A DNA stretch of 64,000 nt from Eledone cirrhosa (lineage: Eukaryota): positions 34,844,001 to 34,908,000 of the forward strand of contig OZ024749.1 of the NCBI GenBank assembly GCA_964016885.1, in the 5' to 3' direction. Within the stretch, counting starts at the first letter, position 1; each line of letters opens with the position of its first letter. The notes under the pieces are model-generated. The model was not told the origin of the DNA and ran no database searches. It worked only from the letters and a program-made list of their open reading frames with translations. Of the stretch, positions 1 through 55,967 are shown piece by piece. The position numbers and the translations under genes are program-made.

Positions 1-76
1 TCTCTCTCTCGCTCGTTCTCACTTCCTCCTCCTTGTCTGTCAGTCTGTCTCTTTTTCTCTCCCTTCCTCTTCCCCT

Positions 77-108
<32 letters not shown>

Positions 109-1099
109 ATCAATGTAGCTCTTTCTCTCACTGATGCAACTGCTGATAATATAAATCTGAAGGAATTCAGTCTCTTCAATTCGCCATATGGTGGATAGTG
201 ATGGAGGTGGCAGTGGTGGTGATGGTGGTGGTGTAGTGGTAGGGGTGATCATGGTGGTGGTGGTGATGGTGGCAGTGGTGGTAGTAGTGATGGCTGTGGT
301 GTTGGTGGTAGTAGCGGTTATGGTGGTAGTGGGATGGAGGGGGTTGATCAAGGTGGTGGTAGTGATGGTGGTGGTGGCAGTGGTGTTCAGCTGGGGCTAG
401 ACATGTGACGTGATGTCGCTAACTTGACACAACAATTAGCAGCTTGACGGAGTGAGGGTGGTATTGGTGGTGGTGTTGAGAAGAGAAGTAAGGAATCACA
501 ACAGGCTGTCTCTTTCCCTCCCTTTACTTTTCTGCCTCCCCCCTACAGTGACATAATCAATAACAGACTCTTAAAGAATGACTGAAATACTGTTGTTGTT
601 GGTCGTGTAGTTACTGTAGTTGTTGTTGTTGTGGTTACTGGTGGTGTTATCACTGGAATCATCTGTTTTACTTGGAGTAGAGATGTCTTTGCTTGTGTTT
701 GATGTTGTACCCCTGTGCACACACACACATATATGCTGAATACCCTAAGCACTAAGCCGCGCATCTTCACACATACACACATGCATGCATACATACATAC
801 AGTACACGCATGCAAGCATTACACACTTACATAGATCACACACACATACACCATACATATACATACATAACACACACACACACGCACACATACATCACAC
901 ACAGCTATATCCCACACATATATCATAAATATACATATATTGCAATTGTACACACTCTACATGTGTTTGTGTTTTGTGTCTAATAACTCTGGTGTAAGAA
1001 TACAATACATCCCTTTCTCACTTCTGGCCCAACTCACTAATTGACAATACATATAAATACTTCTATTCATAATATAAATAAGATACTTGTGACATATAG

Positions 1100-1535
1100 G
1101 CCCTAAATCTGGATATTTAGAGTTCTAGGCTAACCCTGTAATGTTTGACCCACTCTCCAGGTTATTCACCCCATAATCACGAATACAATAATTTCAACTT
1201 ACAGTCTAACAAACAGCTGAACCTAGGGTTTTGACACTTCTTGTTCTGACCACACTAAATTTAAAAAGTCACGAAGCCTGCATTTTCCACTATACAGCCC
1301 ACCCCACTCACAGCAAACCACGTTATAATACAATATAACCTTCTCCACTACTTTGAATATTTCCATAATATATATGGCAAATATGTTTAGTAATATATTT
1401 ATTGATTGCAGGAAATTATTACATATTTGATTTAATTATACAAATTGTGATCCTTTATGGTTGAGTAATGTGCTTCTCTGAAGTCTGTGCCCTAGGTGGT
1501 TGCCTGGTTGGCCTTAACAGTAGCATCAGCCCTGG
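1100..1535 (+). mobile_element. Unclassified dispersed repeat, probably a non-autonomous DNA transposon (second copy at ~29555-29900)
   Basis: Shared blocks ctaggctaNccct, tttcaacttac, ctgaccacac and acgaaNcctgcatttt in both places. Confidence 0.6.
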
Positions 1536-1928
1536 TTACATACATATGTCTTGATTATTGCTACCTCACATAAGTTTTTCTCCTTCATAATATCACACTT
1601 GTCATGTAGACACCATATACTATGTATTCCATACACATTAACAATTCTTTTGTCACCAACTCAAGCAGTCTATTCCATCTTTGTTTTCCCAGCTGCCAAG
1701 ATTCTCAACTGTTCTTTCATGTCTATCAAATCATTTACAAAATCAAACCAATAAGGTCAATAAATGTGAAAATGTAGAGCTTTACAATACAATTACAAAA
1801 GTTTAGAATTTCTTCTCAAGTAAACTGTCTGTTATATATGCCTAGCCAACCCACACTGTTATAGAGATTAGAAGTTGTTCCTGTGTAGGAACTACCTCAT
1901 AAGATCATTTGTGAAAGTACATTACATA

Positions 1929-2090
1929 GGTGCAGGCATGACTGGGGTTAAAGAGTTCACTTCGCTGCCATCTAGTTCTGGGTTCAAGTCCTGTTGCGCA
2001 GAGCACCTTCGATAAATGTCTTTTACTATTTTACTATAGCCTCAGATAAACCAATGCCCTAGTAGGTGGTAACTGCAATAACCCTTTGTA
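1929..2090 (+). mobile_element. Degenerate tRNA-derived SINE family C (minus-strand 3' part at 23260-23340)
   Basis: ggtgcaggcatgactgg...gggttcaagtcc...tgtcttttactatagcctcag; resembles an abundant octopus SINE (from memory). Confidence 0.6.
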
Positions 2091-4300
2091 TGTAAGTATA
2101 TATATATAATATATATATATATATTAGTAGTACAGATTAAAATTTTAACCTTTAAAAATTTACATTACAATATATACAATTGAATTTTCACAGAAAAGGA
2201 TTTACCTTACATAATTATCTCACATAATAATGAATCTATGAGATTTTGATATTATTTATTTTGAGAACAATACCTTAACATCAGTATGAGCAGCTGGTTA
2301 TGACCAATTTGAACAGAAAAAGGTGGGAGAATTCTGGCTGGATATGGCTGGTTTAAATGCTAAAGGGTTATGCAAGCAATTTCTACTTTCACCCTAAGGA
2401 GGATCATATTTATATTTATATGTAATCATTATTTAATGTCTGTTTCCTCACTAGCAAGTGTTGGACGGATTATCACAGACCAAGTCAGTACTTAACTGTA
2501 GCCACTGACCTCTCAGATGAGCTGGAGAGTACACCATGCTTTCATATCTCCCCACATCCTACAGAGTGTACCAGGTGTGTTTTATTATAACACCAGCACT
2601 AGGGAAGTTGTAATATCTTTGACACAATTGAAAGGTTCTCCCAACTCTTTGTTTTGCAGATTTTCTATCACTGGGTGTCCTTGGATATCTTCCTATCACC
2701 AACCACTTTACAGAGTGGATTGGGTGTGTTTTATTGTAGCACCAGCGTTAAGGGAGGTTGTGTTTTTGTCAGATATGAAGGGTCCTTCCAGCCCTTTGTT
2801 TAGCAGGTTTGATTTTCTATGGCTGGATGCTTTTTCTATCACCAACAAAGTGATTGACAAGTCCTGGGGTTGATATGACCCACTATATCTTAAGATGGTG
2901 CCTGAGCATGGTCGCAGTCTTAGTGATTGAAACCAGTAAAAATGTGTATCTCTGAATCTATCAAATATATTATCATGATTGTTATTATTAATATTATAAT
3001 GTATTTGTGTTTTCTTTGCACTTTCTCTTTCAAGTCACCAGAGTAGGTCACCTGTGACAAGACACTACTTGTTCATTAACTCACTATTATTAAACATTGC
3101 CATAATTATCATCAACACCGTTGCCATCATCATCATCAACACCACCATCAACAACAGCAGCAGTGTGGTTACAAATGATGTTATCACGCACGTTACAAGA
3201 ATGGGTCATATTATCATCATAGATAACCATTATTATTAGTAGTAGTATTATCAATAGTTTATCATTTTCATTGTTAAAATTAAGAGAAAATAGGTTAGCT
3301 ATCTATTAGAAGTGTGTAAACTGTTCGAATGTGTGAGCAGGTTTTTTACACATACATCACCCTTCTACACAGACACACACATACATTAAATGCCTATGTG
3401 TGTACATCCAACACACACACATTAGCTTTGTTTAAATTCACAATTGCTCTGAAACCATTCAGTTAAAGTCTATCTTGTCACTACTATCCTAAGAATGCTT
3501 ATTGTGTTAGGGGAAAGAGCAAAGTCCCTTGCTAGAACAATCATATTTTTCATGTTTACTCACTCCATAAACCTTAATCTCTCTCTCCTAAATTTGCAGG
3601 GTCTTGCTGTTATATATATATTCTCTTGTCTATCTTTCTATTTCTTCTTCTCTTTCTCTCATTCTATCTTCCAATGAAGGACTAACGCCTGAAACGTTAA
3701 GACAGTTCCTACTATATCAAGAGTTAAATTAATATATATCATCATTGTATTGTATTGTTCTCCCGTGTTGATTTCTTTGTTAATTTTTCTCATATATATG
3801 TGTGTGTGTGTGTCATCATTGTTTAATGTCCATTTTCCACAATTGCAAGGGTTAGACATGTCATCACATTATGAGACAAGTCAGGTCAGATGACCACATC
3901 TTGCTCATATGGATCTGTATTTTAGTTTGGTTTCTACAACTTGATGCCCTTCCACCCTTCCTAATGCCAATCACTTTAGAGATAATATCCACAATATAAA
4001 CATATTTTCTTTGATCTGATCTAATAACTGACTCCTTTTCATTTTGATGATGTTGATGAAAATAACAGTATAAAGATAAAATTGCCAGAGTTAGTCTGAC
4101 AACATAAAGCATTGGACAGGTCAAGAACACAGTGACTGTTGTGCTTATAACAGAACAGAGATCCATGGTGAGTGAGTGTTGACTACCATAGCTGGTCTGA
4201 CAACATGAAGAAGTCAAACTGTTAGTAATAACTATATAAAAGAATGAGAGATTATTTTGTGTCTTATATATGTTACACAAAGAAGATGATGATGATCACA

Positions 4301-4653
4301 TTGGTCAGTGTGATATATTTTCTCCATTCCAGTTTCAAGAACTGACCTCTAGTATGAAAGATTGGTCAATAAGATATATTTTCTCCATTCCAGTTTCAAG
4401 AACTGACCTCTAGTATGAAAGATTGGTCAATAAGATATATTTTTTCTATTCCAGTTTCAAGAACTGACCTCTAGTATGAAAGATTGGCCAATAAGATATA
4501 TTTTCTCCATTCCAGTTTCAAGACCTCTAGTATGAAAGATTGGTCAATAAGATATATTTTTTCTATTCCAGTTTCAAGAACTGACCTCTAGTATGAAAGA
4601 TTGGTCAATAAGATATATTTTTTCTATTCCAGTTTCAAGAACTGACCTCTAGT

Positions 4654-4662
<9 letters not shown>
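4301..4662 (+). repeat. 61-bp minisatellite x6 containing the exon-1 splice acceptor and ATG
   Basis: AG|TTTCAAG starts at 4333, 4394, 4455, 4516, 4572 and 4633; copy 4 has a 5-nt deletion. Confidence 0.95.
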
Positions 4663-46261
<41,599 letters not shown>

Positions 46262-46534
46262 TTATTTAAATTTTCTTTTCTTATTCTTCTTTGGGTTTTT
46301 TTTTCTTTGACTTTCTCTCTCTCCTAAGGATTTTATTCCGTAAACTGTAAACTCTGCTGCAGGGCACACGATTCCTTTATTATATATATATACACACTTG
46401 TTATATATATACACACACTTGTTCCAGCCCATAGGCTGAGGCCATGCTGGGGCATGTATATAATGTAATATTATTGTTTTGTTTTTTTTCCTTTCCCTTT
46501 CTCTTATGTCCCTGTGATAACTGGTCATACTAAC

Positions 46535-46538
46535 AATG

Positions 46539-46583
<45 letters not shown>

Positions 46584-46608
46584 TATATATGATACTATAT
46601 ATCAGTGG

Positions 46609-46655
<47 letters not shown>

Positions 46656-47015
46656 TATATATGATGCTACATAACAGTGGTATATATATGATATATGATG
46701 CTACATAACAATGGTATAAATACGATATATAATGCTATATAACAATGGTATAAATATGATATATGATGTTATATAACAGTGGTATATATATATATATGAT
46801 ATATGATGCTATATACAGTGATACATATATGTGATTTATGATGCTATATAACAGTGGTTTATATATGATATACACTGCTATATACAGTGGTATATATATA
46901 TATATATGATATACAATGCTATATAACAGTGATGTATATTATATACTATATAATAGTATATAATATGGTATACTATGCTATATAACAGTGGGATAAATAT
47001 GATATACAATGCTAG
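46535..47015. repeat. Degenerate ~30-bp TA-rich minisatellite in the presumed 3'UTR
   Basis: Units of atatatgatgctacataacagtggt. Confidence 0.85.
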
Positions 47016-47149
47016 CCATGCAACTTGCAACATTTCTTATTGGAAGGTTCCCTGCAAAACTTTGTCAGGACTGTTGTGTGGAGGAGGTGTAGTGTTTGTG
47101 TATAATGTCTATACACCTTTATATGTGTATGTGGAGGAATAAATGTAAG

Positions 47150-47371
47150 GATGTGTATATATGTATGTATAATATATATATATGTATATGTGTATATGTA
47201 TGTGTGTATGTATATATATATATATATGTATGTGTATATGTATGTTTGTATAATATATATATATATATATATGTATATGTGTATATGTATGTGTGTATGT
47301 ATATATATATATGTATGTGTATATGTATGTATGTATATATATGTATATATATGTATGTATGTATATATATG

Positions 47372-47402
<31 letters not shown>

Positions 47403-47491
47403 GTATGTATATGTGTATATGTATATATATATATGTATGTATATGTGTATATGTATATATATATATGTATGTATATGTATATGTATGTATG

Positions 47492-47538
<47 letters not shown>

Positions 47539-47539
47539 G

Positions 47540-47570
<31 letters not shown>

Positions 47571-47737
47571 GTATGTATATATATATATATGTATATATAT
47601 ATGTATGTATATATATATATATATGTATGTATATATGTATGTATATATGTATGTATATATATATATATGTATGTATATATGTATGTATATATGTATGTAT
47701 ATATATATATATGTATGTATGTATGTATATATATATG

Positions 47738-47786
<49 letters not shown>

Positions 47787-48031
47787 GTATATATATATGT
47801 ATATATATATGTATGTATATATATATATATATGTATGTATATATGTATGTATATATATATATATGTATGTATATATATATATATGTATGTATATATATAT
47901 ATATGTATGTATATATATATATATATGTATGTATATATGTATGTATATATATATATATGTATGTATATATATATATATATGTATGTATATATATATATAT
48001 ATGTATGTATGTATATATATATGTATGTATG

Positions 48032-48065
<34 letters not shown>

Positions 48066-48091
48066 TGTATGTATATATATATATATGTATG

Positions 48092-48124
<33 letters not shown>

Positions 48125-48133
48125 GTATATATG

Positions 48134-48166
<33 letters not shown>

Positions 48167-48175
48167 GTATATATG

Positions 48176-48227
<52 letters not shown>

Positions 48228-48801
48228 TGTATGTATATATATATATATGTATGTATATATATATATATATATGTATGTATATATGTATGTATATATGTAT
48301 GTATATATGTATGTATATATGTATGTATATATATATATATATGTATGTATATATGTATGTATATATATATATATATGTATGTATATATGTATGTATATAT
48401 ATATGTATGTATATATGTATGTATATATGTATGTATATATGTATATATATTTATATATGTATGTATGTATATATATATATATGTATATATGTATATGTAT
48501 ATATATATATATGTATATATGTATATGTATATATATTTATATATGTATATATATTTATGTATGTATATATATTTATGTATGTATATATGTATGTATGTAT
48601 ATATATGTATATATGTATGTATGTATGTATATAGAGATATATGTATGTAGATATGTATGTATATATATATATATGTATGTATGTATATATATATATATAT
48701 GTATGTAGATATGTATGTATATATATATGTATGTATATATATATATGTATGTATATATATATATGTATATATGTATGTATATATATATATGTATATATGT
48801 A

Positions 48802-48837
<36 letters not shown>

Positions 48838-48917
48838 TATATGTATATATATGTATATATGTATGTATATGTATATATATATATGTATATATGTATGTAT
48901 ATGTATATATATATGTA

Positions 48918-48967
<50 letters not shown>

Positions 48968-48968
48968 A
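47150..48968. repeat. 1.8-kb (TA)n/(TATG)n compound microsatellite
   Basis: Almost uninterrupted alternating pyrimidine-purine sequence. Confidence 0.97.
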
Positions 48969-50691
48969 TGTGTGTGAGGGGGATGTAAGATGTGTTTATT
49001 TACTGCTGTTGTAGTTGCAAATCCAAATAAATCAGTGTAGAAATTAATTGGTTTATTCTGACATTAAAACCTTCCTTGGTGTCTTTTACTGGGTTTTCTA
49101 AAGCCTTTATATTATGGTTGGTGGGCTGGGGGTGGAAATATTTGACCAGAAGTCTGTTAACATTCTGACTTTTGTCTATTGCTTCCTTGCCAAGAATCAG
49201 TCTGGACTCTCATTGCCCTAAACAGCTCTTTGTTGGTCTCCTTCCTTCCCCCTCTCTCCCCGCCTCATTCGCACTCTCTTTCTAGTCTAGTTATTATTTA
49301 CAGGGTCTTTCTCTCCACTTTTACCATCTCTCTTGCCTTCAATAGACTGTGCCAGGTTGAAAATAGGGCTTTCATCTCTGAAGCTGGGTTTAATGTTGCA
49401 GTAAATCTGCATTATTTAATTGTTATTTACGATCCAGGGACCACACATACACATACACACACACACGTGTGTGTATGTGTAAGCTAAGTATCTCTGCCAT
49501 TATATACATTTATCGTCTTAAAGAAAAACAAGATCTCGCTGCCCCCTCTCTATAAATACATCATAATATTGCTAAAACAAAATTCCAATTAAAAAAACAA
49601 TAAATGCAACTTAAATAGTTACCAAAGAACCATTTCATTCCTCTCGTTGATTACATGAAAACCTTCCAATTAATTTCCTCATCTTTCTCTGGTTCTGCTC
49701 TCCATGGGGCCTACTGTAGCTGGAGCTTTTATGCCCTGGGTTCTACTATAGCTGGAGGGTGGTTATGTCCAACACCCCCTGGTTATGTCCTACACTCCCT
49801 TGGAGTTTTATACCCTGTGGCTGACTCTCTCTGGAGTGTTTATATGCTTGGGTCTACTTTCCCTGAGAGTCCTACACCTTGGGATGTAGTATTGTTTTAC
49901 AAATTAAATCTGTTATATTTCAGATAAACATTATCACTTGGAGAATTTTTTAATATTTTCAGAATATCAAAATTATATAAGAATTTGTTAAAGTCTGATA
50001 TGTATATTTGTGCAATAGAGGCTAAACAGACACTAAAAATAGTCCTTTTTTCCCCCCTCTAATAATAAGTTATTTTCAAGAAAAAGCTTTAAAGCAAAAA
50101 TACAAAAAAAAAAATACAAAAAAAAATCTTTTTTTTTTATATATATGTATATATATATATATAAAGTAAATATTTTTAAAGATTATAAATCACTGGCGAA
50201 AAAAAAAAAAAGGATTAATTAAAAGTAAAATTATATTGCAACAGCTGCCAAGCTGACAAAAGTAGCAACTTCTGTTTTATTTGAGATTTCTACAGTAAAA
50301 TCTCACTGGTTCACAAAGTTATATTTGTCATATTGGTTTAATAATAAAAACACACATTTGTTGATATGTGTGTTATCCTATAATATTGTTAAAATATGAA
50401 ATGAATATTAAAGATTTATATTATACATTTCAAGTCTTCAAACATCTCCGGATGCAAATACTTGGGCACATCATCAGTACTGTATCCTGGAGTCACGGGT
50501 GTTTCGGAGTATATTACAACATACACCCTCATCCAGGTGACCCAACTGCAGGTGCAAATACCTGGACGCATCATCAGTGTTGTCCCCGAGTATTTTACTG
50601 GTATATCTTACAACATACACTTTCATCCAGGTGACGTGACAGAGGTAGATCAAGCCTCAGCCTGTGTCCAAGAGGCATTCTACTGAATATG

Positions 50692-50762
<71 letters not shown>

Positions 50763-51341
50763 TTTTACAAACAGATATGCAGGCAGAGTCTCTTTTAAAT
50801 CTGAAAATTGTCCCTTTATAACAATCAGTGTGTTATAAGATTATTAGAAAATCTTTTCTCTGTTGTGGCCCATCATTCTATCATGTAATCAACCCACAAT
50901 TGCTTTTCATCCATATCACAGAAAATTATTTCATTAAACTATATTTAAGAATGTCTTTTTATCTCATATCATCATCAAATATGTCCATTTTATTATTTTC
51001 TTCATAAGATATTTTAATATTCACATGTGGTTGAAAGGTTGATATTTTAATTTTCTATGGAATGCTGTTAATATGCACATGCTGGCTCCCGCATCAGCCC
51101 ATACATACATACATACATACATACATACATACATACATACATACCTTTAACGCATACACTATATATGTATATAAATCGATTTAAATTGTTGACATTCATT
51201 CCGTAACCTATAGCTAAAACACACCAAATGTATGGGCAAGTCATGTTTTCTTTCTCTCTTTGTTCCAACTTCTTTCTTTCCAGGTTTTGGTTAAATACTT
51301 TTTCTGGTTTCCAGTTGAAAAGAGGCTATATATATACACAC

Positions 51342-51390
<49 letters not shown>

Positions 51391-51404
51391 ATGAATAACT
51401 CATG

Positions 51405-51680
51405 TTATTGCTGTCATCATAGAACATAAAACAGTTATAGCTGGCATCATGGAACATAAAACAGTTATAAGGTGTCGTCATGAAACATAAAACAGTTATA
51501 AGGTGTCGTCGTGAAACATAAAACAGTTATAGCTGTCATCATAGAACATAAAAGTTATATTTGCCATCATGGAACATAAAACAGCTATAGCTGTCATCAT
51601 GGAACATAAAACAGTTATTGGTGTCACCATAGTACATAAAACAGTTATAGCTGTCATCATAGCATACAAAAACAGTTATT
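51405..51680. repeat. 30-31-bp minisatellite, about 9 copies
   Basis: Unit gtcatcatggaacataaaacagttatagct. Confidence 0.92.
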
Positions 51681-52144
51681 TGGATGCTTTAATATCTTTA
51701 ATAAATATTTGCCTCCTTTAAAGTGTGAAGATAGAAAGTTATCTGTATTTTCACTCTGTGGTTCATAAAGCACCCTTAGTCTAGATTTATTGTGCAACAG
51801 AAGGTTTATCTTTTCTGTCTGGCCTTACTAAAACGTAGTTTTTAAAGAATTAGTAAAAAGTGGGACAGAAACTTTAAATGTTGAAAAATATGACAAAAAA
51901 AATATGACAAAAATATGACAAAAAAAGCTAATATAAATTAACATTTATTTCAATAAATGTTAAATTGACCAAATTATGAACTAAAATATTTTAAAGTTTG
52001 AAATATGCAAATTTGAGTTGTTAAAGTTTCCAATAATGTGGTTATCTTCATTGAATCCAGTTAATGAGAGTAGCTCTCTAGTTAATGTTGAGTGACTCTA
52101 ATTGCTAACCTGATGTTTGGCCATTAATCTGTTAAATACTTTAA

Positions 52145-52379
52145 CCCTTTCATTACCACATTTCTAATGAAACACACTGCCTATGATTGTTAAATTATTT
52201 TTAAATAATTAACAATTTGAAGAGATTTAGTAATATAACTAACTTTCTCATTATTAAGCTGATATTTGGAACTTAACAAAGATCCTTACATATAGTTATG
52301 ATGGAAGGTTTTTACATGAATACAAAGATTTAAAAACAAAGAAGCAAAGGCAGTTTTAGGTGGTTTGCTATCAAAAGGG
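52145..52379. mobile_element. piggyBac-like MITE family P2 (other copies at 15328-15551, 36370-36786, 42079-42438, ~43378-43634, 44014-44208, 62423-62620, ~62640-62823, ~63110-63280)
   Basis: TTAA|CCCTTT ... AAAGGG|TTAA ends; shared internal actttctcattattaagctggtgtttggaacataac. Confidence 0.82.
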
Positions 52380-53268
52380 TTAAACAATAACAACTGCATT
52401 TTTCAACTCATCAGTGTTGCTATTTTACTGAAGTCATAACAGAAAAAGAAGGAAAAAAAAAACATCAAATTGTTTTTCTCTTTTAGTTCCTGTTATAGTT
52501 AAACTTTTGAATTATTTTTTTTAAATTAATTTATATCTTGTAATCTATTTTAAGGTTTTACACCGCAAAAAAAACAACAACAACCAAGTGCCTATACTTT
52601 GTTCTCTCTCTTTCTCTCATATATATATATATATATCTATATATACACACACACACACACACACACATACATACAGATATATATATACATACATACAGAT
52701 ATATATATATGTATATACACATAGATATATGTATGTATATATACATACAGATATATGTATGTATATACACACACAGATATATGTATATATTTTTAATTTT
52801 TTGTCCTTTACTCATGTCTATTTTTCATATATGAATTTACTTTCAAATTCTTTCTTTCTGTATCTTGCTGTGATTTGCAGACATTCAAGCATCAAAAGAT
52901 AGATATATATATGTGAGTGTGTGTGTTGTGTTTGATCTCTGTGTGGTTCAGACAAGTGTTCTAGTTGTTTGATCAACAAAACAGCCTGTTCATGAAATTA
53001 ACATGCAAGTGGCTGAGCATTCTGAAGACATGTGTGCTCTTAACGTAGTTCTCAGGGAGATTCATCATGACACAGTACGTGTCAAGGCTGGACTCTTTTG
53101 AATTACAGGTACAACTCCTTTTTTTTCTTCCAGTTGAGTGAGCTGACATAACATGAAATAAAGTGTCTGTCTTGCTCAAGCATCCAACATGCTACTGGGA
53201 ATCAAACTCATAACTTTACAGTCATGAGCTGAACACCCTAACCACCAAGCCACATATCTTCTCTCTTA

Positions 53269-53331
<63 letters not shown>

Positions 53332-54689
53332 ACACACACACACACACACACATATGTACATGCATATAGACATAAAAATAAGACACATCACTAACAAGTT
53401 TATAATAATATTAATCATTAACTATAAACATTAAATTGCATGGATTTAAAAAAATACTTTGACAAATATTTTTCTTTGTGTGTTATTTGGTAAAGAATTT
53501 ACTAAATCCTGTCTTGTTAAATCATTGAAGAACAGTGAAACTTTGTTTATGTCTAGCACCACTATTATTTTCAAAAGTGATACTCCAAGGTATAATACCG
53601 CCATTATTTAAAAAAAAAACAAAAAAAAACATACATATATATATATATATATATATAAAGCTTACACATTATGCACTCAAAAGAATATTTCATAACAAAA
53701 AAAAAATGGTTGAAAATGATTTCGTTACATCCATCCTTGTTGCCTCTCTTTATTATTATCATTGTTGTTTTCGTTACATATTATTATTATAATTATTATA
53801 ACAACAACAACGGTTATGTTTCTGTCTATCTATAAACTTCATTTGTCTACCATGTTAGATGTTCTGCCAACCTTTCTAACGAGCGCTTCCTTTCAACTGG
53901 TGGGATACAGGAGATATGTAATTAAATCTGGCTGATGGCCATCTTTTTACATTTGCTTTACATTGGTTCATGAAATCTGGGAGAAGAATGCATGTCATTT
54001 CAAAAGAAAATGGGGGTTAAAATAAATATATTTTTCTGGTATTCAATATCTATCTGTTGTTTTTTTTTTTTATTATTAATATTATTTTATCTATTTTGTT
54101 TCTTTCTTTCTTTCTTCTATCATTGATTGTCTTCTAGAAGAGGACTGGGTCTGAAAACTACCCAGAGTTATCTGGGTGGCCAGGCTGCTGAAGGACAGGG
54201 AGGGTGTCACTGACTAACAGGCTTTTGAGGTTGATAAAAAAAAAATGTACCAGTCTAGTACTGGGGTGGATTCTTCCTCCATATCTCTCTCACTTTCTAT
54301 CTTTCTCTGGAATAAATCTGCTGTATTGAGATCTGGAGAGGGGTGGACTCCACCAGGCTTAAGATGCCCAAGAAGCGTTGTATGACACTACGGCACCCTT
54401 ACGACTCCATCAGGAATTACAGGACTATACCATATGTGTATATGTATGCATGTATATAAATATGTATATATATATATATATCCAGGAGAGATGACCCCTT
54501 AGCCTTTGTCAAGGCAGAATTCTAGGAGAAGGAAAACTCTGATATAACACCTGCAACCCTGATGGTATCCAATGATATTGGCTTGTTCTTCTTTTTGGTA
54601 AATATCATTTTGGTTAAGAGAGTGGGACTGGCTTTGTGCAGTGCCTTTGCTCACTATAAAAGCTTCACGGCACAGGCATTGCTTTATAT

Positions 54690-54891
54690 CTGGAGATCTC
54701 TCTGCACTTGTCGTCACATGGTACAAGGGCCCAGCACTATGTGTCAATAATTGTCACAAGTGTAGTGTTTGTACCAGAGTTTTCAAGTCCCTGGCTGGAC
54801 TAAAAAGTCACACTTGTTCAGCGCATCGGTAGGGGTTCTCCTACATAGATATAAAGAAGTGGCCGTACTCGAAAATAAGTTGGCAGCCATC

Positions 54892-54895
<4 letters not shown>
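54690..54895 (+). mobile_element. 3' end of an RTE/BovB-type LINE with a terminal C2H2-like knuckle
   Basis: HKCSVCTRVFKSLAGLKSHTCSAHR* followed by a short UTR ending ccatcat. Confidence 0.6.
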
Positions 54896-54922
<27 letters not shown>

Positions 54923-55967
54923 CGTGTATATATATATATATACACGCACACGCACACTATACATATATATATATAATCATCATCATCATCATTTTAAGAG
55001 CGGATGTATGATGATATATGTGTGTGTATGTGTGTATATATGTGTATATATCTATATAGAGAGAGAAAAAATACCATATGCCCATGAGAAAACAATATAT
55101 TGTATATATACAGAAAACATATTTCAAAGAAAAATATATACTCTAGATGGAATCAAGAGTTCCCATCTATATGTGTGTATATATATATATGTATATATAT
55201 AATCCAGTGATCTGAAAAGATATCCAGGTGGAAGTTCAGGTAAAGTGGGTAGAACCAGAGGTTTGGGTTGATAAACGATGATGCAGCAAATTAATTAAAG
55301 CCGTCAATGTTATGCAAATCATCCATCGTAGATGTGGTGGCTGGTGCATGACAGAGTTAAGTATTCATTAAAACAAGAACAGAAGGCTGTACTAGAAAAT
55401 TTACTTTCAAATTTTAATTCTGTGAAAGCACTATACATATTTTGATGGTCGAGCCCTATCATCCGATTATAATGTAAGACTAGACGATTTTATTAGGTGT
55501 TATTTGCAGAATTATATAATAGGACTATGTTGAACACAAACAGTGTATAGCAGTTAGAAGAGACAAAGAAATAGAAAATAGAAGACTGATTCAGTTTCGG
55601 GACAGTTTCGGGACTGCTTGCTAATTTGGTGTTATATCAATAGCAGACAATCTCCAATGTATACATATAGATATGATAAAAATATAGAATACAGCTATAT
55701 ATATTTATATGTGTGTGTGCATGTGTATGTTTATATTTACATTTATATGTATGTATAAATATTTATGTGCAAGACATGGTCACCTGACCTGGCATTTCTC
55801 ACATCAGGACAACTTGTCTAACCCATGCTAGTAATGGAAGTTAAATGGTGATGATGATATATATACATATTTAGTAAATATTGGTGGATGTGAAAAAGTT
55901 AAAAGGAAAACATTGGTATCAAGTCTGGACCTTTCAAGTTATCTTGTTTGACTACTTTCTCCTTTAA

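Larger units (their letters stand above)
47138..51957 (+). promoter_or_regulatory. Candidate polyadenylation signals for the CREB3L gene (AATAAA at 47138, 49026, 50343, 51952)
   Basis: The hexamers are seen directly. Which one is used cannot be told in AT-rich DNA. Confidence 0.3.

Noticed and set aside
118-190. Upstream coding exon (LSLTDATADNINLKEFSLFNSPY)
   Set aside because: The donor is weak, it would be phase 1 and so incompatible with the phase-0 exon at 4633, and no family motif was recognised.
47096-49014. ~500-aa Tyr/Ile/Met/Cys/Val ORFs
   Set aside because: Artefact of (TA)n/(TATG)n, which contains no stop codons.
49655-49927. 90-aa Gly/Tyr/Pro-containing small protein
   Set aside because: It overlies a degenerate ~30-bp tandem repeat, with no clear signal peptide or recognised homology.
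54750-54832. C2H2 zinc-finger gene exon
   Set aside because: A single finger ending in a stop with a LINE-like tail and no TGEKP linkers; better explained as an RTE 3' end.
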